Positions 40,601 through 52,538 of a stretch of 64,000 bases of DNA are shown here, in pieces. The notes beneath the pieces were generated by a model, which was not told the origin of the DNA, ran no database searches, and saw only the letters and a program-made list of their open reading frames with translations. This DNA comes from Lama glama. Taxonomy: Eukaryota. The translations under genes were made by a program, and so were the position numbers. The stretch spans positions 53,694,001 to 53,758,000 of the forward strand of contig CM052816.1 of assembly GCA_028534125.1 (NCBI GenBank). The letters are read 5' to 3'. The stretch's first letter is position 1, and each line of letters begins with the position of its first letter.

Positions 40601-42379
40601 AAGAATTTTAAAAAAGATTTCATAAAAAATTAATTAATTTTGAAAAGATCTGTTTGTTTTTGTAGTTTGTGTTTCTGTTCCTTGAATTTTATTTTACCTT
40701 ATTTTAGCTGAAATAATTTTTAAAGCTGTTTGCAAAGCTAGAAAGTTAAATTCTACACTACTATATATATTTATTCTTTCGACAGGTAATTTTAAAAATT
40801 GGTGCTATAATGCATTCTTTATGTTTTCACGTGTAACTCTGTGAACATTAATTTTTACAAGCATGAGATGAAGTCTGATCATTGTCCCGGGTACACTGGA
40901 ATTGGGCTAAGTTATTTCTTATCTTTGCTACTTACTGCTATCTGACCCTGGCATTATTCTAAATTGTGTGGTTGGTAGACTAATTCTGTGGTTTCCAAAG
41001 GTGTAGCTCTGTCTTCAGGAAGCACCAGGCGGGCAGTTGTGCTCTCCCCTGTGCAGCTTGAGGGGCTCTTGCCACCGTTCCAAACAGCGGCTGCACCTTT
41101 GCCTGCCTTTCGTAGGCAGCTTTGCGTGTGATTTCCTTTGAGAAAGATTCCTTGGCTTAATGCAAAGAAGGAAAGAAAGAAAACCGCTTGAATAGAACAT
41201 TTGTAAGGATTTAGCTAACTATAACTTTTATAGTTATAGTTATAGTGTTTTTTTTTAATTATAGAAGCAGTTCAAGCACATGGTGAAATTTTAAAAAATA
41301 AATCTTCCTTCTCATAATCTTTTGGTTGACTCCATAGAGGCAATTATTGGCAACCATTTAATTTCACTTGTTTTGGTGGTTATAAATTTTACTTTGAATA
41401 GTGCATTTTACTTTATTTGTTGATATAAAATGGTATCAGTTGACTCCAAAATAATTAGGATAACAGGCTTGTGTCTCTTTTTCATTCTGTTCAGCACCAG
41501 TGGGAAAGATTTGAAAGGGTCATCCTTTATTGTAGTATTAGAAGTAAGGATCGTCAAAGATGCCAGACTTTTGGGTGGCAGGTATTTTATAAAATTAAGG
41601 TTCAAGTGGATTATCATATTTAGACCATGTCCATGCTCACTCTTTCAGTTAACCCATTTCAGACTTCCTCTGCAGCTAGCTGTTCTTCTGTTTCACTGAA
41701 ACTTTTGAGTGAACAGCCAGCCACTTATAGTCTTGGGGACATTTTTGGCCTAGACTGTAAGTTGCATCCAATCTTTTAGGACTACATAGGGTGATTTTAA
41801 CTTTAGAAGTTGGCAAACTGCATTGTAAAGCAAAGTTTGACCATACCTGGAAGAAACTAAGAAGTATTCCGCATTTATATCTGCTTTCATTTTTCTCTTC
41901 TCATGTTGTAAAAAGCATACCATGTAGTGAAGAACTGTTGAGTATTATAGAATAGAAAGACAAAGTGAAACAGTACTCTAGCAGAGTTAGTGCTGAGTTG
42001 TTAACATTCTTTCATGACTCTTAACCATCAACACTTGAATGTGTTTTTTCTGTGGAATCAGTGGAGTAGAGTGGTGTTCATTCTAGTACCCCATCTCCTT
42101 TTATTTGCAGGCAGAAGTCATTTGCATAAATGCCGTATCAACACCATTTTATGATATATAAAGGGCCATTTACCTTGAAGTGAAAGGATTTACTCACTAG
42201 AATAATATATTTACTTACAAGTTATCTAAAATAATAAATTGCCTATAAATGCCAAATTCATTAAAAATTGAGGTTTCTCTTTCAAGTAGTATGAACATGT
42301 GAAGAGTAATACTATGATACTTAATATTTAGTAAATTATTATTTTGGTGTATTTTCTTATGTTGTATTTTATTTGAGAG

Positions 42380-42530
42380 GGCAGTGGGAATTACTATACC
42401 CATTTTATAGATGAAGAAACTAGGTGTATAGATGTTACTGACTCACCTAAGATAATATTGCTTATAAAAGGTAGAGACAGAAATAGAAACAGAATAATCC
42501 AATGCCTAGATCAACATTCTTTCCTTTATA
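42380..42530 (-). mobile_element. MIR SINE
   Basis: atacccattttatagatgaagaaactagg...gactcacctaagat is the reverse MIR core. Confidence 0.7.
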
Positions 42531-43698
42531 TTCTGTTCACTCATGACTTTTAAATTAAAATATATTTTTGCTCACTTAAATAAGTTCTGAGTGCTTGCTT
42601 ATTGTGCTCTAGTCAAAGCTAATTTTGAAGCCCCCCCATCCATAGTGCTCAGACATTGCAGTTAGCCAATAACCATGATTACATTTGCTTTTCAAAGAGA
42701 AAAAATTATGTTTCTCATTGAATACTTAAAACATTTGTGTTTATATGCTTGAAGGTGGCTAAAGTGTTTTTTTGAGGAACTGAAAATTAGTAGAAGTACT
42801 TTTTGAGATGAGCGGATGTACATGCTTTTGTCAGTAAGTTCTCAAATGAACACATCATATACAAACAAGCTTCTTCAGGGGCAGAAGCGATTTTTAATTT
42901 AGTTTATTTGCATCATTATAGATCAGTATTTAGGCTGTTTATATGTAAATGTATGATTTGAGGAACAATTAAGTGTTGACAAAGTAGATTGGAGTCATAT
43001 CAATTGCAGTGCATTTTCCATAATTTTTCTAACTGACATCTTTGATGATAAATAGTGGATGCCAAGTCAAAGCCGATTATACAGTGCACTAGGAATTCAT
43101 GGGGCTGTCAGGGAGAAGACCGATTGACTTTAAATTTACATATTAATGAGAAGATTTGTTAAGAGGGTGCTTGACTATAGAAAATAACAGCGTATTTATA
43201 GGGCACGACATTTTATAAATACAGCTGATGCAGGAAAATGGAAATTAAACCTTTTAGGTTAATAAATTCAAGAGACTGCTAAAATGCATATTTGCATTTT
43301 TATTTTCTTAAATTTACCTTACTCTTTGCACCCCAAGTGGGTTTTTTTTTTAAATTCTAGGTCAAGTTTGTATAATGTTCAAGGATATAAAATAACTTAA
43401 ATATTTTCTTTGTGTCATTCAAGCCTGTTGTAGGAGAATACTTGAAGCGTTAAGGTACATCTCTGAGGCTAAGGTTGCTTTTGTAAAAGTAATGGATTTT
43501 AAAAATAAGTGTTATAAAACACCAAGTAAATTTTAAGAGTGATTTAAAAAAACTTTAGTGGCTTTAATTATAAACTGAAGTAATAAAGCTCTTGTCACTG
43601 GGCCTGACAGGAATGTTTTTGATTTTATGACCAAAGCTCTTTAAAGTTGTACTGAATAATGAATTTTTAGAATATAGGTAAGCTCTTAAAATGAAAAC

Positions 43699-44226
43699 TG
43701 ATAAAGGAAGGATCACTTGCATACAGCTTCTAAAAATAATTTGATGATGACAGGAAAGTAAAATTAACAATTTTAAATAGTGACAGTGGCTAGATAAGAT
43801 AAAATTACCTATAATCTTACACAACAGAAAAAAATACATATCTGAATAGCATTCTGGAAAGGAACTGGCTGAAATCAAACAAACAGATAATAGCAAAACA
43901 ATCTCTCACCAAAGTTAACAGACATGAAAGGGTCAAGACACTTGCCACATGTTGCTTAATCTAGCAAAAGTTCCATCAAAAGTTTACTTTGTCCAATGAT
44001 AAAATGTCATCAGTTTAAGAGCCCTGTGTGGCCCTATGTGGCATAAGACTTTTACATATAAACAATTTAAAACATACTTCAAAATTTTAAGTAGAATAAC
44101 CCAATCACTTGTTAAATATTAAAATTAAGATGGAGTGAATATTACAAATAGTCTTCTGGCTAAAGATATGTTGTTAAGATTTTTAAATACTTTTTAATAC
44201 AATCAGTACTTAGTAAATGTAGAAAA
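43699..44226 (-). repeat. Right arm of the long inverted duplication (528 bp)
   Basis: Reverse complement of 39863-40378, with an extra 10-bp tandem duplication gccctgtgtg-gccctatgtg at 44021-44040. Confidence 0.96.
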
Positions 44227-44577
44227 TAATTGCCTTCCCTTCTGTTCTGGTCTGATTGCTTGCTAGGCTTGCTACACAGCTGTTGTTCTGGAATTTAAGT
44301 TCTTCCCTCATCTGTGTTAAATCCTCTGTTCCTTAGGCCTTTCTCTCCCTAGTGTCTTCTTGTTTTGATGGAGCATCCTCCAGTGCCTTCTTAAGAATGG
44401 GTAGATAAGAGGGAAAATTTTGAGTCATGCAGTGTCACTTTCACTTGGTATTTTACCTGGACTCTTGGATTGGTGTTCTCTTGGGTCTTGTATGTTTGAG
44501 ATGTTACTTCTACACTTGAGTTCTTGACTGGATATACTACTGTTGAGTCACACCTTTTTTTTTTTTTCATTCAACAA

Positions 44578-44597
44578 ATATTTATTTACTTACTTAC

Positions 44598-44632
<35 letters not shown>
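44578..44632 (+). repeat. (TTTA)n/(CTTA)n compound microsatellite
   Basis: tttatttacttacttacttatttatttattt... read directly, preceded by a T run. Confidence 0.9.
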
Positions 44633-45444
44633 TATAAGAGTCACACCTTTTGAGAGCTCTTTAGCCACAGATTTTTCTTTTGCAGGTAACTTGATTTTTT
44701 TGTTTATATCCTCAAAAATACGTTTTTTTAATTTGTTTTTTCTTAAAATTTTTTGCAGATTAGTGAGGTTCATCTTGGTGTGGCTCATTCTGTATGCTCT
44801 GCACATTCACTTCCTTTATTTTAGGAAATTGTCTTTTATGTTTGAGTTTTTAAATTTGATGTTCAAAGTTTTGTTTTTGTTTTTGTTTTTGTTTTTCTTC
44901 ATTTATCAATTATCTGCTTCAGGAATACCAGTTATTGCATTTTATAATCTTTGTCTACTTTCTATCATCTCTTTAAAAAAATTGCTATAATGTTTATCTT
45001 TTTATTTGCATTCATAATATCTCCAGTCTTTGTCAGTAATTTGATTTCCAGTGATCTAATCTGTTATTTATAATTTTTATTAAATTTGGTAATATTGTTT
45101 TGATCTTTAAGTTTATTTACTTAGGTTTCAATCTTATATTTTTTACCCTGTGGTTTTATCATCTTATGTTTGAACATGTGGTTTTTTTGAGTTCATGTTC
45201 TTAGTAACTTGCTGGAGAATTTTCTTTTGATATATGGAGAATTTTTTTCCAGAATGATTTCTTTGTCTTTTGCATTTTTTTTCCTTTTATGCTGTAAATA
45301 TGTTGGACAGTTATTATTCTTTTTTCATATTGCAAATACTTGGGAAATGCTGGTGCAAAAATTTTATTTGTTCCGATATAGTATGACTTCTTAATTCTGT
45401 CCCACCACACTTGAAGACAGTTTAGTTGAAAGTGGAAAAAATCA

Positions 45445-45900
45445 AGTGTACAGATCCAGGAAACTCATCAAACTCCAAGGCAAAGTAAATTAAAAGTCAC
45501 ACCTATGCATATTATAGTCAAAGTTCTGAAATCAAAAGGGAAAGAGAATACCTTGAATGTAGACAGAGATAAACAGTGCATTATATACAGAGAAGCAATG
45601 ACTATGACTGCTGATCAGAAACAGTGGCGCCTGGAAAACGATAGAATATCATACTTAAATTGTTGAGAGAAAAAACTGTCAACAAAGAATTCTATATTGA
45701 ATAAAACCATTCTTCAAAAATGAAGGTGAAATGAAGACATTTTGAGATGAACAAAATTGAAAAATTCATACACAGGAGAATGGTATTATAAGAGAAACTG
45801 AGAAATTTTTTATGTTGAAGAGAAATGATAATAGATGGTAATTTATAACTGCAGAAAAAAGAATGATAGAAATGATATATATGTAGGTAAAAATAAAAAA
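45445..45900 (+). mobile_element. L1M ORF1 fragment, sense
   Basis: Degenerate translation IQETHQTP...TPMHIIVKVLKSKGKENTL and ttcttcaaaaatgaaggtgaaatgaagacattt (FKNEGEMKTF) resemble L1 ORF1p RRM/CTD. Confidence 0.8.
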
Positions 45901-47534
45901 TTACACTTTTTCTCTTAATTTTTTAACATAAAATTTCTGTAACACACAATAATTATTTACATACGTGTGTATTTTTTTTTTTTTACTATCTCTGTCTGTG
46001 TTTGGCAAAGATTGCACTTGCTTATGCTTGAACCCTGAACTTCTGTGTACATCACTAGAGCTATAACCTTTCCTTCCAGTGCCACAAGTCTGTGTGTGGA
46101 CATACATTTTCATTTCTCTAGAAGTGGAATTGTTGGGATACATGGTAAATACGTGCCCTCCCTCACCTCCATTTCCTACTCTCCAAATGCAATCAGTTCT
46201 AACTCTTAGCTTTGTATTCTAGTAGTTATCCTTGTCTTATTTTTAAAACAGTTGCTTATATAAGTTTTATATAAGGGCATTTATTTAATTTAGATATATA
46301 AATATTTTGGAATTAATGAAGAAAAAACAGTCTCTTTACGAAACTTGATATTTTACGTGAATAGTTTTTCCTAGCCTAGGTTTTTTGCTTTTAAAAGATT
46401 TTTAAAATTGGTGTTTGTTGGAGCTCTGGTTTCCTGCCCTCGCTTTATCTAGAGTACAGTTTTTTTTTTCTATTTAAGTATTAGTGTTCCCCTTAAGATT
46501 GAAACAAACAGACTTTACTAATTTATTCCCTCTCCCATGAATGTCCACAAATATTTTAAAACCTCTGCTCTAACCCTCTAATCTTTTTTTAAAATGACCT
46601 AAAGGAGAATTAAATTTACCAATTTCAAATCAAGAGACTTTTACCTTCTTAATATATTCTCTTTCCTTCATGGGTTAAGGTAAGTAGAGAATGAATATGT
46701 GAGAAATTATGATTAGTTCTACCTAGGTTGGTTTTAATTTTATTTTGTAGTTTATGATTGAGTACAGATCACTCCAGAATGCATTATGCTTAACAAAACG
46801 CAATTCTTATTTATCCCCATCATTAGAATTTGATTAGTTTTCAAATGATTAGAGTCCTTCTTCCTTGTGCCTTAGAACTCTTAGGCCTGGGTTCAACTTG
46901 TGTCATGAGTGTATTTTATTTCAGAGAAATATGAACAAAATGCCTTATGTAGATTCTTCAGATTTTCTCAGTAACAAAATTTGTAAAGTGCTGCATTCGG
47001 AAAGCTTATTTCCTATACACTGGTGCTGAACACGTAGTCGTAAGAAATGAGAAGTGTTGTGGGCAATTGAACACTTTGGATTTTCTTAGTGGCTCAACTC
47101 AAAGTTAGTGGGCACAGGTGTTTCCGTAATTGTGATGTACTGGGGGAGATTCAGTGTTCAATGGTCCTCAAACCCACACTTCCACCTGTGTGGTATAGTG
47201 GTCACTGGGCTGTGGTATAAAACATGTAAAGTGGAGAGCATAGCATTTACCTCACAGAAGGAAACAGAAGTCTCAAACCAGTGTGTGTATCCTGTGTTGT
47301 TTTACATAGACCTGGTTTTTGGAGAAAGACTTCTCTTTTTTTTGAGAAAAATGTTAAATTTAAAATTTTATTAAATATGACTTTTTAAAAAAGTAGCTGG
47401 TTTCTCTGATAAGGTGTGCTATGTGTACTGAATAACTAATTCAGCTGAGTGATTATGATATTGCCAATCACCTACTCACTCTGGTCTTGTCAGGGAAATC
47501 TAATCCAATGGCAGAGAGATGTACCACAGATACA

Positions 47535-47910
47535 CTGCTGTGCTATTTGTGTCCCTCAAAATTCACATGTTGAAGTCCTAACCCCCAGTGTGATGGTACT
47601 TGGAGGTGGGAACTTTGGGAAGTACTTAGGCTTCAGTGAAGTCGTGAGAGTGGGGTTGTCATCCTGGGAATAGTGCCTTTATAAGAAGAGAAGCCAGAGA
47701 GCTTGCTTCCTTTCTCTTTCTCGGCCTTGTGAAGACATATGGAGAAGGCAGCCATCTGCAAGCTGGGAAGTGGGTTCTTACCAGGAAATGAATCTGCCAG
47801 CACTTTTATCTTGGACTTTCCAGCTTCCAACGTTGTGAAAAATAAATGTCTGTTGTTTAAGCCACCCAGTCTATGGGTATTTTGTTACAGTAGCCCAAGC
47901 TTGCTAATAA
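47535..47910 (+). mobile_element. MLT1A-like MaLR solo LTR
   Basis: tgtgtccctcaaaattcacatgttgaagtcctaacccccagtgtgatggta ... ttggactttccagcttcc...aataaatgtctgttgtttaagccacccagtctatgg. Confidence 0.9.
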
Positions 47911-48827
47911 GCGTATCTTAGATGGCATGATATTGTCATGATGTAGTCCCCTGTGTGACTTTTAAGCATTATGTAGTAGTCTGTGTCCACAGCAGACCAC
48001 AGACATTGTGTCGTCCTGGTACGAATGTTAAGTTGGTGCTAGTGCTCTCTAGGCTGTCTTGGAATTTATAAGGCAAGTGGGTACTTCCGGTATCTTTTTC
48101 TTGACTACTACAACTGCCAAGGTAATAAAAGGAGAGATGGCAGGATAAAGAATAATGATTCTTGAGGAAAAATCATGGCCGTACCACTTTTAATCTCTTG
48201 AGTTTATCGATAATTCGTGTAAACTGTGTGTACCTTAGTTCTTTCATCTGTAAAAAAGTAAGTGACTTGCTTTGCTTACCTCATGGAGTAGTTTTAGGGG
48301 TTCAATGAAGTATTTGTAAAAATAACTTACTAAGATTAGAGATTACTACAGCTGAAGTTGCCTTTTATTTCTGCTCATTCCAGTGTTACTGGTTACATGT
48401 TGCAAAGGTGAATGGTTTTCAGGAATGTTTGATTCCTTCATCAGTTTTTATATATGAGAAAATTTTGCTGTGCATAGTTTTTAAACTGCTGTCAATTTTA
48501 TTTTTTCTTGATTTTTTGTTACTCTTAGTGATCTGACATTGAAGTCATAGTTTGTGTTTTATTTCCTAGTTAATCCACTCAGGTGAAATAATCAAGCCTC
48601 TCTATGTCTTCAAATCTCTAAAAAGCAAATAGTAACTGTGGACTCCAAAATTGTGGCTTCAGACACTGACTTAATAGGGTTTTTGTCAACATCTGTGTTT
48701 GGAGCTTCGGAAACAATACTCTGTAGAGTATTACTACTCAAATATAAGTTATTTACTTATTCCATGAGTCTGTGTAATAGTACATTAAAAATGTATAAAC
48801 CGTGCCTTTCCAAAAAATGCTTTATGG

Positions 48828-48979
48828 TGGTGGTGGGGCGGGGTGTGTAGCTCAAGTGGTAGATGACATGCTTAGCATGCTCAAGGTTCTGGGTTCAATC
48901 CCCAGTACCTCTTCTAAAAATACATAAATAAACCTGATTACCACCCCCCCCCAAAAAAACAAGCAAACAAACCCCTTTA
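48828..48979 (+). mobile_element. tRNA-derived SINE (vic-1-like)
   Basis: tagctcaagtggtag...cttagcatgc...gggttcaatccccagtacc...aaataaacctgattacc. Flanking direct repeat ctttatgg at 48820-48827 and 48980-48987. Confidence 0.88.
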
Positions 48980-49194
48980 CTTTATGGAGTAAAGGGAAAT
49001 TTTTTTGGACTTCACAAAGCTTATATTTAATGTTACAGCGTTTCTCTCTACTGAAAGTGATGTTGTCAAATGAAAGCTAATTTTATTCTGATGTTTTTGT
49101 ATTAGCACTTGGGGTGGTTGGTACACATGAGTGGAGGGAGACCTATTTTCATATGTAATAAGTTCAGATATATTAAACTCACTGGGCCTTTTAT

Positions 49195-50960
49195 AAATTT
49201 TGTTTTAAGTTTATTTTTGAGAGCAGTTTTAGATTCATAACAAAATAGAGTGGAAAATGCAGGGAGTTCCCATATATTCCCTGTCCCCATCCCACCTCCC
49301 TGACTGTCAGCATCCTTCACCACAATAGTACGTTTATTAAAATTGATGCATGTATATTAATACATCATTATCACCTGAATTTCATAGTTTATATTAGGGG
49401 TTGTGCATGGTGTTATACATTCTGTGGGTTTTGACAAATGTATTATAATGTGACTCCACCATTTTGGTATCTTACAGAATAGTTTCATTACACGAAAAAT
49501 CCGCTGTTCTCTGTCTATTTTCCTCTCCTCTACGAACCCTGGCTCTCACTAGTCTTTTTACTATGACCCTAGTTTTGCTTCTCCAGAATATCTTTTTGTT
49601 GGACTCGGAAACTACGTGGCCTGTCTGGATTGGCTTCTTTGAGTCAGTAATATGTATATAAGGATGCTTCATGTCTTTTCATGTCTGTATAGCTCATTTC
49701 CTTTAGCCAAATAGTATTCCATTGTCTAGATGTACTACAGTTTATTCGTCCATTCATCTGCTGAAGGACATCTTGTTTGCCTCCAAAAATTGGCAATTAC
49801 AAATAAAGCTTCTATAAACCTTGTGCAGGTTTTTGTGTGGAACATTTGGATAAAAACCAAGGACTGTGATTTCTAGACTGCTTGGTAAGAGTGGGTGTAG
49901 TTTTGTAAGGTTGTCTTTCATAGTGGCTGTACTGTTTTGCATCCCCGCTGGCAATGAATGAGAGTTTCTTTTGCACCACATCATTGCTAACATTTAATGT
50001 CAATGTATTAGATTTTGGCCATTCAAATAGGCATGTAGTGGCATCTTGTTTTAATTTGCATTTCCCTAATTACATATGATGTTGAACATTTTTTCATATG
50101 CCTGTTTGCCATCTGTATATCTTTGGTGAGTTACCTGTTCAGGTCTTTTGCCCATTTTTAAATTGAGTTTGCTTTCTTATTGTTGAGTTTTAAGAGCTCT
50201 TTATACATTTTGGATAACAACCTTTTATCAAATGTGTCTTTTCCAAGTCTGTGGCTTGTCTTGTTTTTGTCTTGACATTGTCTTTTGCAGAGCAGACATT
50301 TTTTATCTTAATGAAGTTCAGCTTATCAGTTATTACTTTCATGGATCATGCCTTTGAAGTTGTATCTAAAAGTCATCTCTGTACCCAAGATCATCCAGAT
50401 TTTCTCCTGTGTTATATTCTGGAACTTTATAGCTTTGTGTGCTGTATTTGTCTATAGCCCTTTTTGAGTGAAATTTTGTGAATGGTGTAAGGTCTGTGTC
50501 AGGATTCACTGTCTTGCATGTTGATGCTCAGCACCAAAGACTTATCCTTCCTCCATTGTACTTACCTTTGCTCCTTTGTAATAGATCAGTTGACCTTATA
50601 TTCATTTGGGCCTGATTTTGGGTTCCCTGTTCTGTTCCATTAATCTCTTTGTTCCTTCACCAGTTTCACACTGCCTTGATTACTGTAGCTTTGTAGTAGA
50701 TCGTGAAGTCAGACTCACTGTATAAACTTTTAATTATGGAAAAATTTAAGCATACACAAAGGGGGGAGGGCTAACAGTCCAATGAATCCTCATGTACGCA
50801 CCACCTAGCTGAAACATTCATCAACTCATAGCTGCTCTCATTTGAACTCTACCCTATTCCCACTTCTACTCAAATTTCATATAAAATTTAAGATATTATA
50901 TAATTTTATCCATATTTATTCAGAATGTTTTTCTAAAACAGTGTCTTCACTTTAAAAAAG
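49195..50960 (-). mobile_element. L1M (L1MC/MB-like) 3' end and adjacent fragment, antisense
   Basis: tttgagagcagttttagattcataacaaaatagagtggaaa, tagtattccattgtctagatgtactacagtttatt, ttttggccattcaaataggcatgtagtggcatct. Confidence 0.82.
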
Positions 50961-52403
50961 CTACAAAGCTTTCTCAAATGTAAGTTGGTCCCCATTTTAC
51001 AAATGAGAGGATTTAAAACTTTTTTGGGGGATTCAGCTTGAATGTATACTTTTTTAGAAAGATGGAGAAAGTAGTCTGTTGTAATATATAATTTCATTTT
51101 CTACAGTTCTTATATTTTAAATCATAGAAAAATAAAATCTTCATTTATAAATATAGCTTTTTATACTCATAAGTTTCATCACAAACATTTTATGTATTTA
51201 TGTTCTTATTATTACCAGAGTTCCTTTTTTGAGTCATTTAATACTTTTCCGTAGTGAACCATCTTTACTTCTATATAGGTTGTTTGAAATACACATTACC
51301 TTGGAAAATAGATATGATGCTGACATAGAAATACATTTCAAGTCTCCAGTAGTCATTCACATGATATTAGCATAGTTACTATTTGGAATTCTTCTATAAG
51401 GAAACTAGGCTTTTTTCCCCAGTTTGTTTATTTTTCAGTCATTTATTTACTTAAATATGAACTCATAGACATTTTTATTATTCTTTGGGTTATGAACTAA
51501 TACTCTTATTATTTTGTTGCTCAGATTTTTCAGCTTTGGCCTTAGGTAGTTGGCCAGTTTTTTTAAATACTTCATGATCTAGATTTACTATAACTGCTCT
51601 GGCTTTAGAACCAGCCATTTTCCAAGGTGCAAAAGAGCAGGGTTTTTACATCAGATTTCTGTTAAAATCTTTTTCTTCTGTTAAAATCTTTATGATTATC
51701 ATATCAGTAATTTATTGGAGTAAAGGTGACATTACTTAAATGACTATGTCTTAGAAAAATTGCCAACTTAAGCCACAATATAAAATGTTTTAATGAATAC
51801 CTATTAAAAATCCCATGTATAATAATGCCTCATTTATCTAGGCTCAATGGAAATAATAAATATAATAATTGATTTTTTTCCCTTTTTGATACAAATACTT
51901 CTGAAACACGTATCTGTTTTCCTTCACCTTGACAGCAAATGAAAGTTATAACTTAATATTTTTTCTTTTAAAATTATACCTTGTATTATCTGTGTATCAG
52001 GAGACCAAACTCTTAAGATGGTAAAAATTATATGCATATTAAAGGCTTTATACTTAAAATAATACCTAAAGGCTTCATAGCAGCTACTTTGGCAATATAG
52101 GAGAGCCCTTTCTACTCATTTCCGAATTCATAGATGTATTGTGTAAATTGAAACTGTATAATATCCATTTCTAGATAAGAAATATATTAGAAGATATAGA
52201 ATAAGTTAAAAATTAAGCAGTTACATTAAAAATAAAATTTTTCTAAAATGTTGTTTCCAGATACACATGACAGTATGTTAAATTTGATTTGTCTTCCTTT
52301 TTTATATATGATTTACGGTTAGAATACTGAGTTGAGTGAATGGACATTTCTTTCCATAGATTTCAACATCTTTGAAACCTATTTTATCTGTATTTTTACT
52401 CTT

Positions 52404-52538
52404 TTTTTTTTTTTTTTTTTTTGGTGGAGGAGGTAATTAGGTTTATTTATTTATTCCTAGAGGAGGTACTGGGGATTGAACCCAGGACCTCATGCATGCT
52501 AAGCATACACTCTGCCCACGTGAGCTATACCCTCCCCA
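52404..52538 (-). mobile_element. tRNA-derived SINE (vic-1-like), antisense, with poly(A) tail and TSD
   Basis: T run then gtaattaggtttatttatttatt...ggggattgaacccaggacctcatgcatgctaagc...gagctataccctcccc. 16-bp TSD ctgtatt(t/c)ttactctt at 52388-52403 and 52539-52554. Confidence 0.92.

Noticed and set aside
40181..43896. Paralogous-looking ORFs 40181..40399(+) and 43564..43896(-) as a duplicated small protein gene
   Set aside because: The similarity follows from the DNA inverted duplication. The + copy starts at TTG, the peptide resembles nothing I know, and there is no supporting gene structure.
20259..51691. Short local direct repeats (gtaaattagtagttta near 20259/20292, ttctgttaaaatcttt twice near 51657-51691)
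   Set aside because: Two-copy slippage-type duplications with no array structure.
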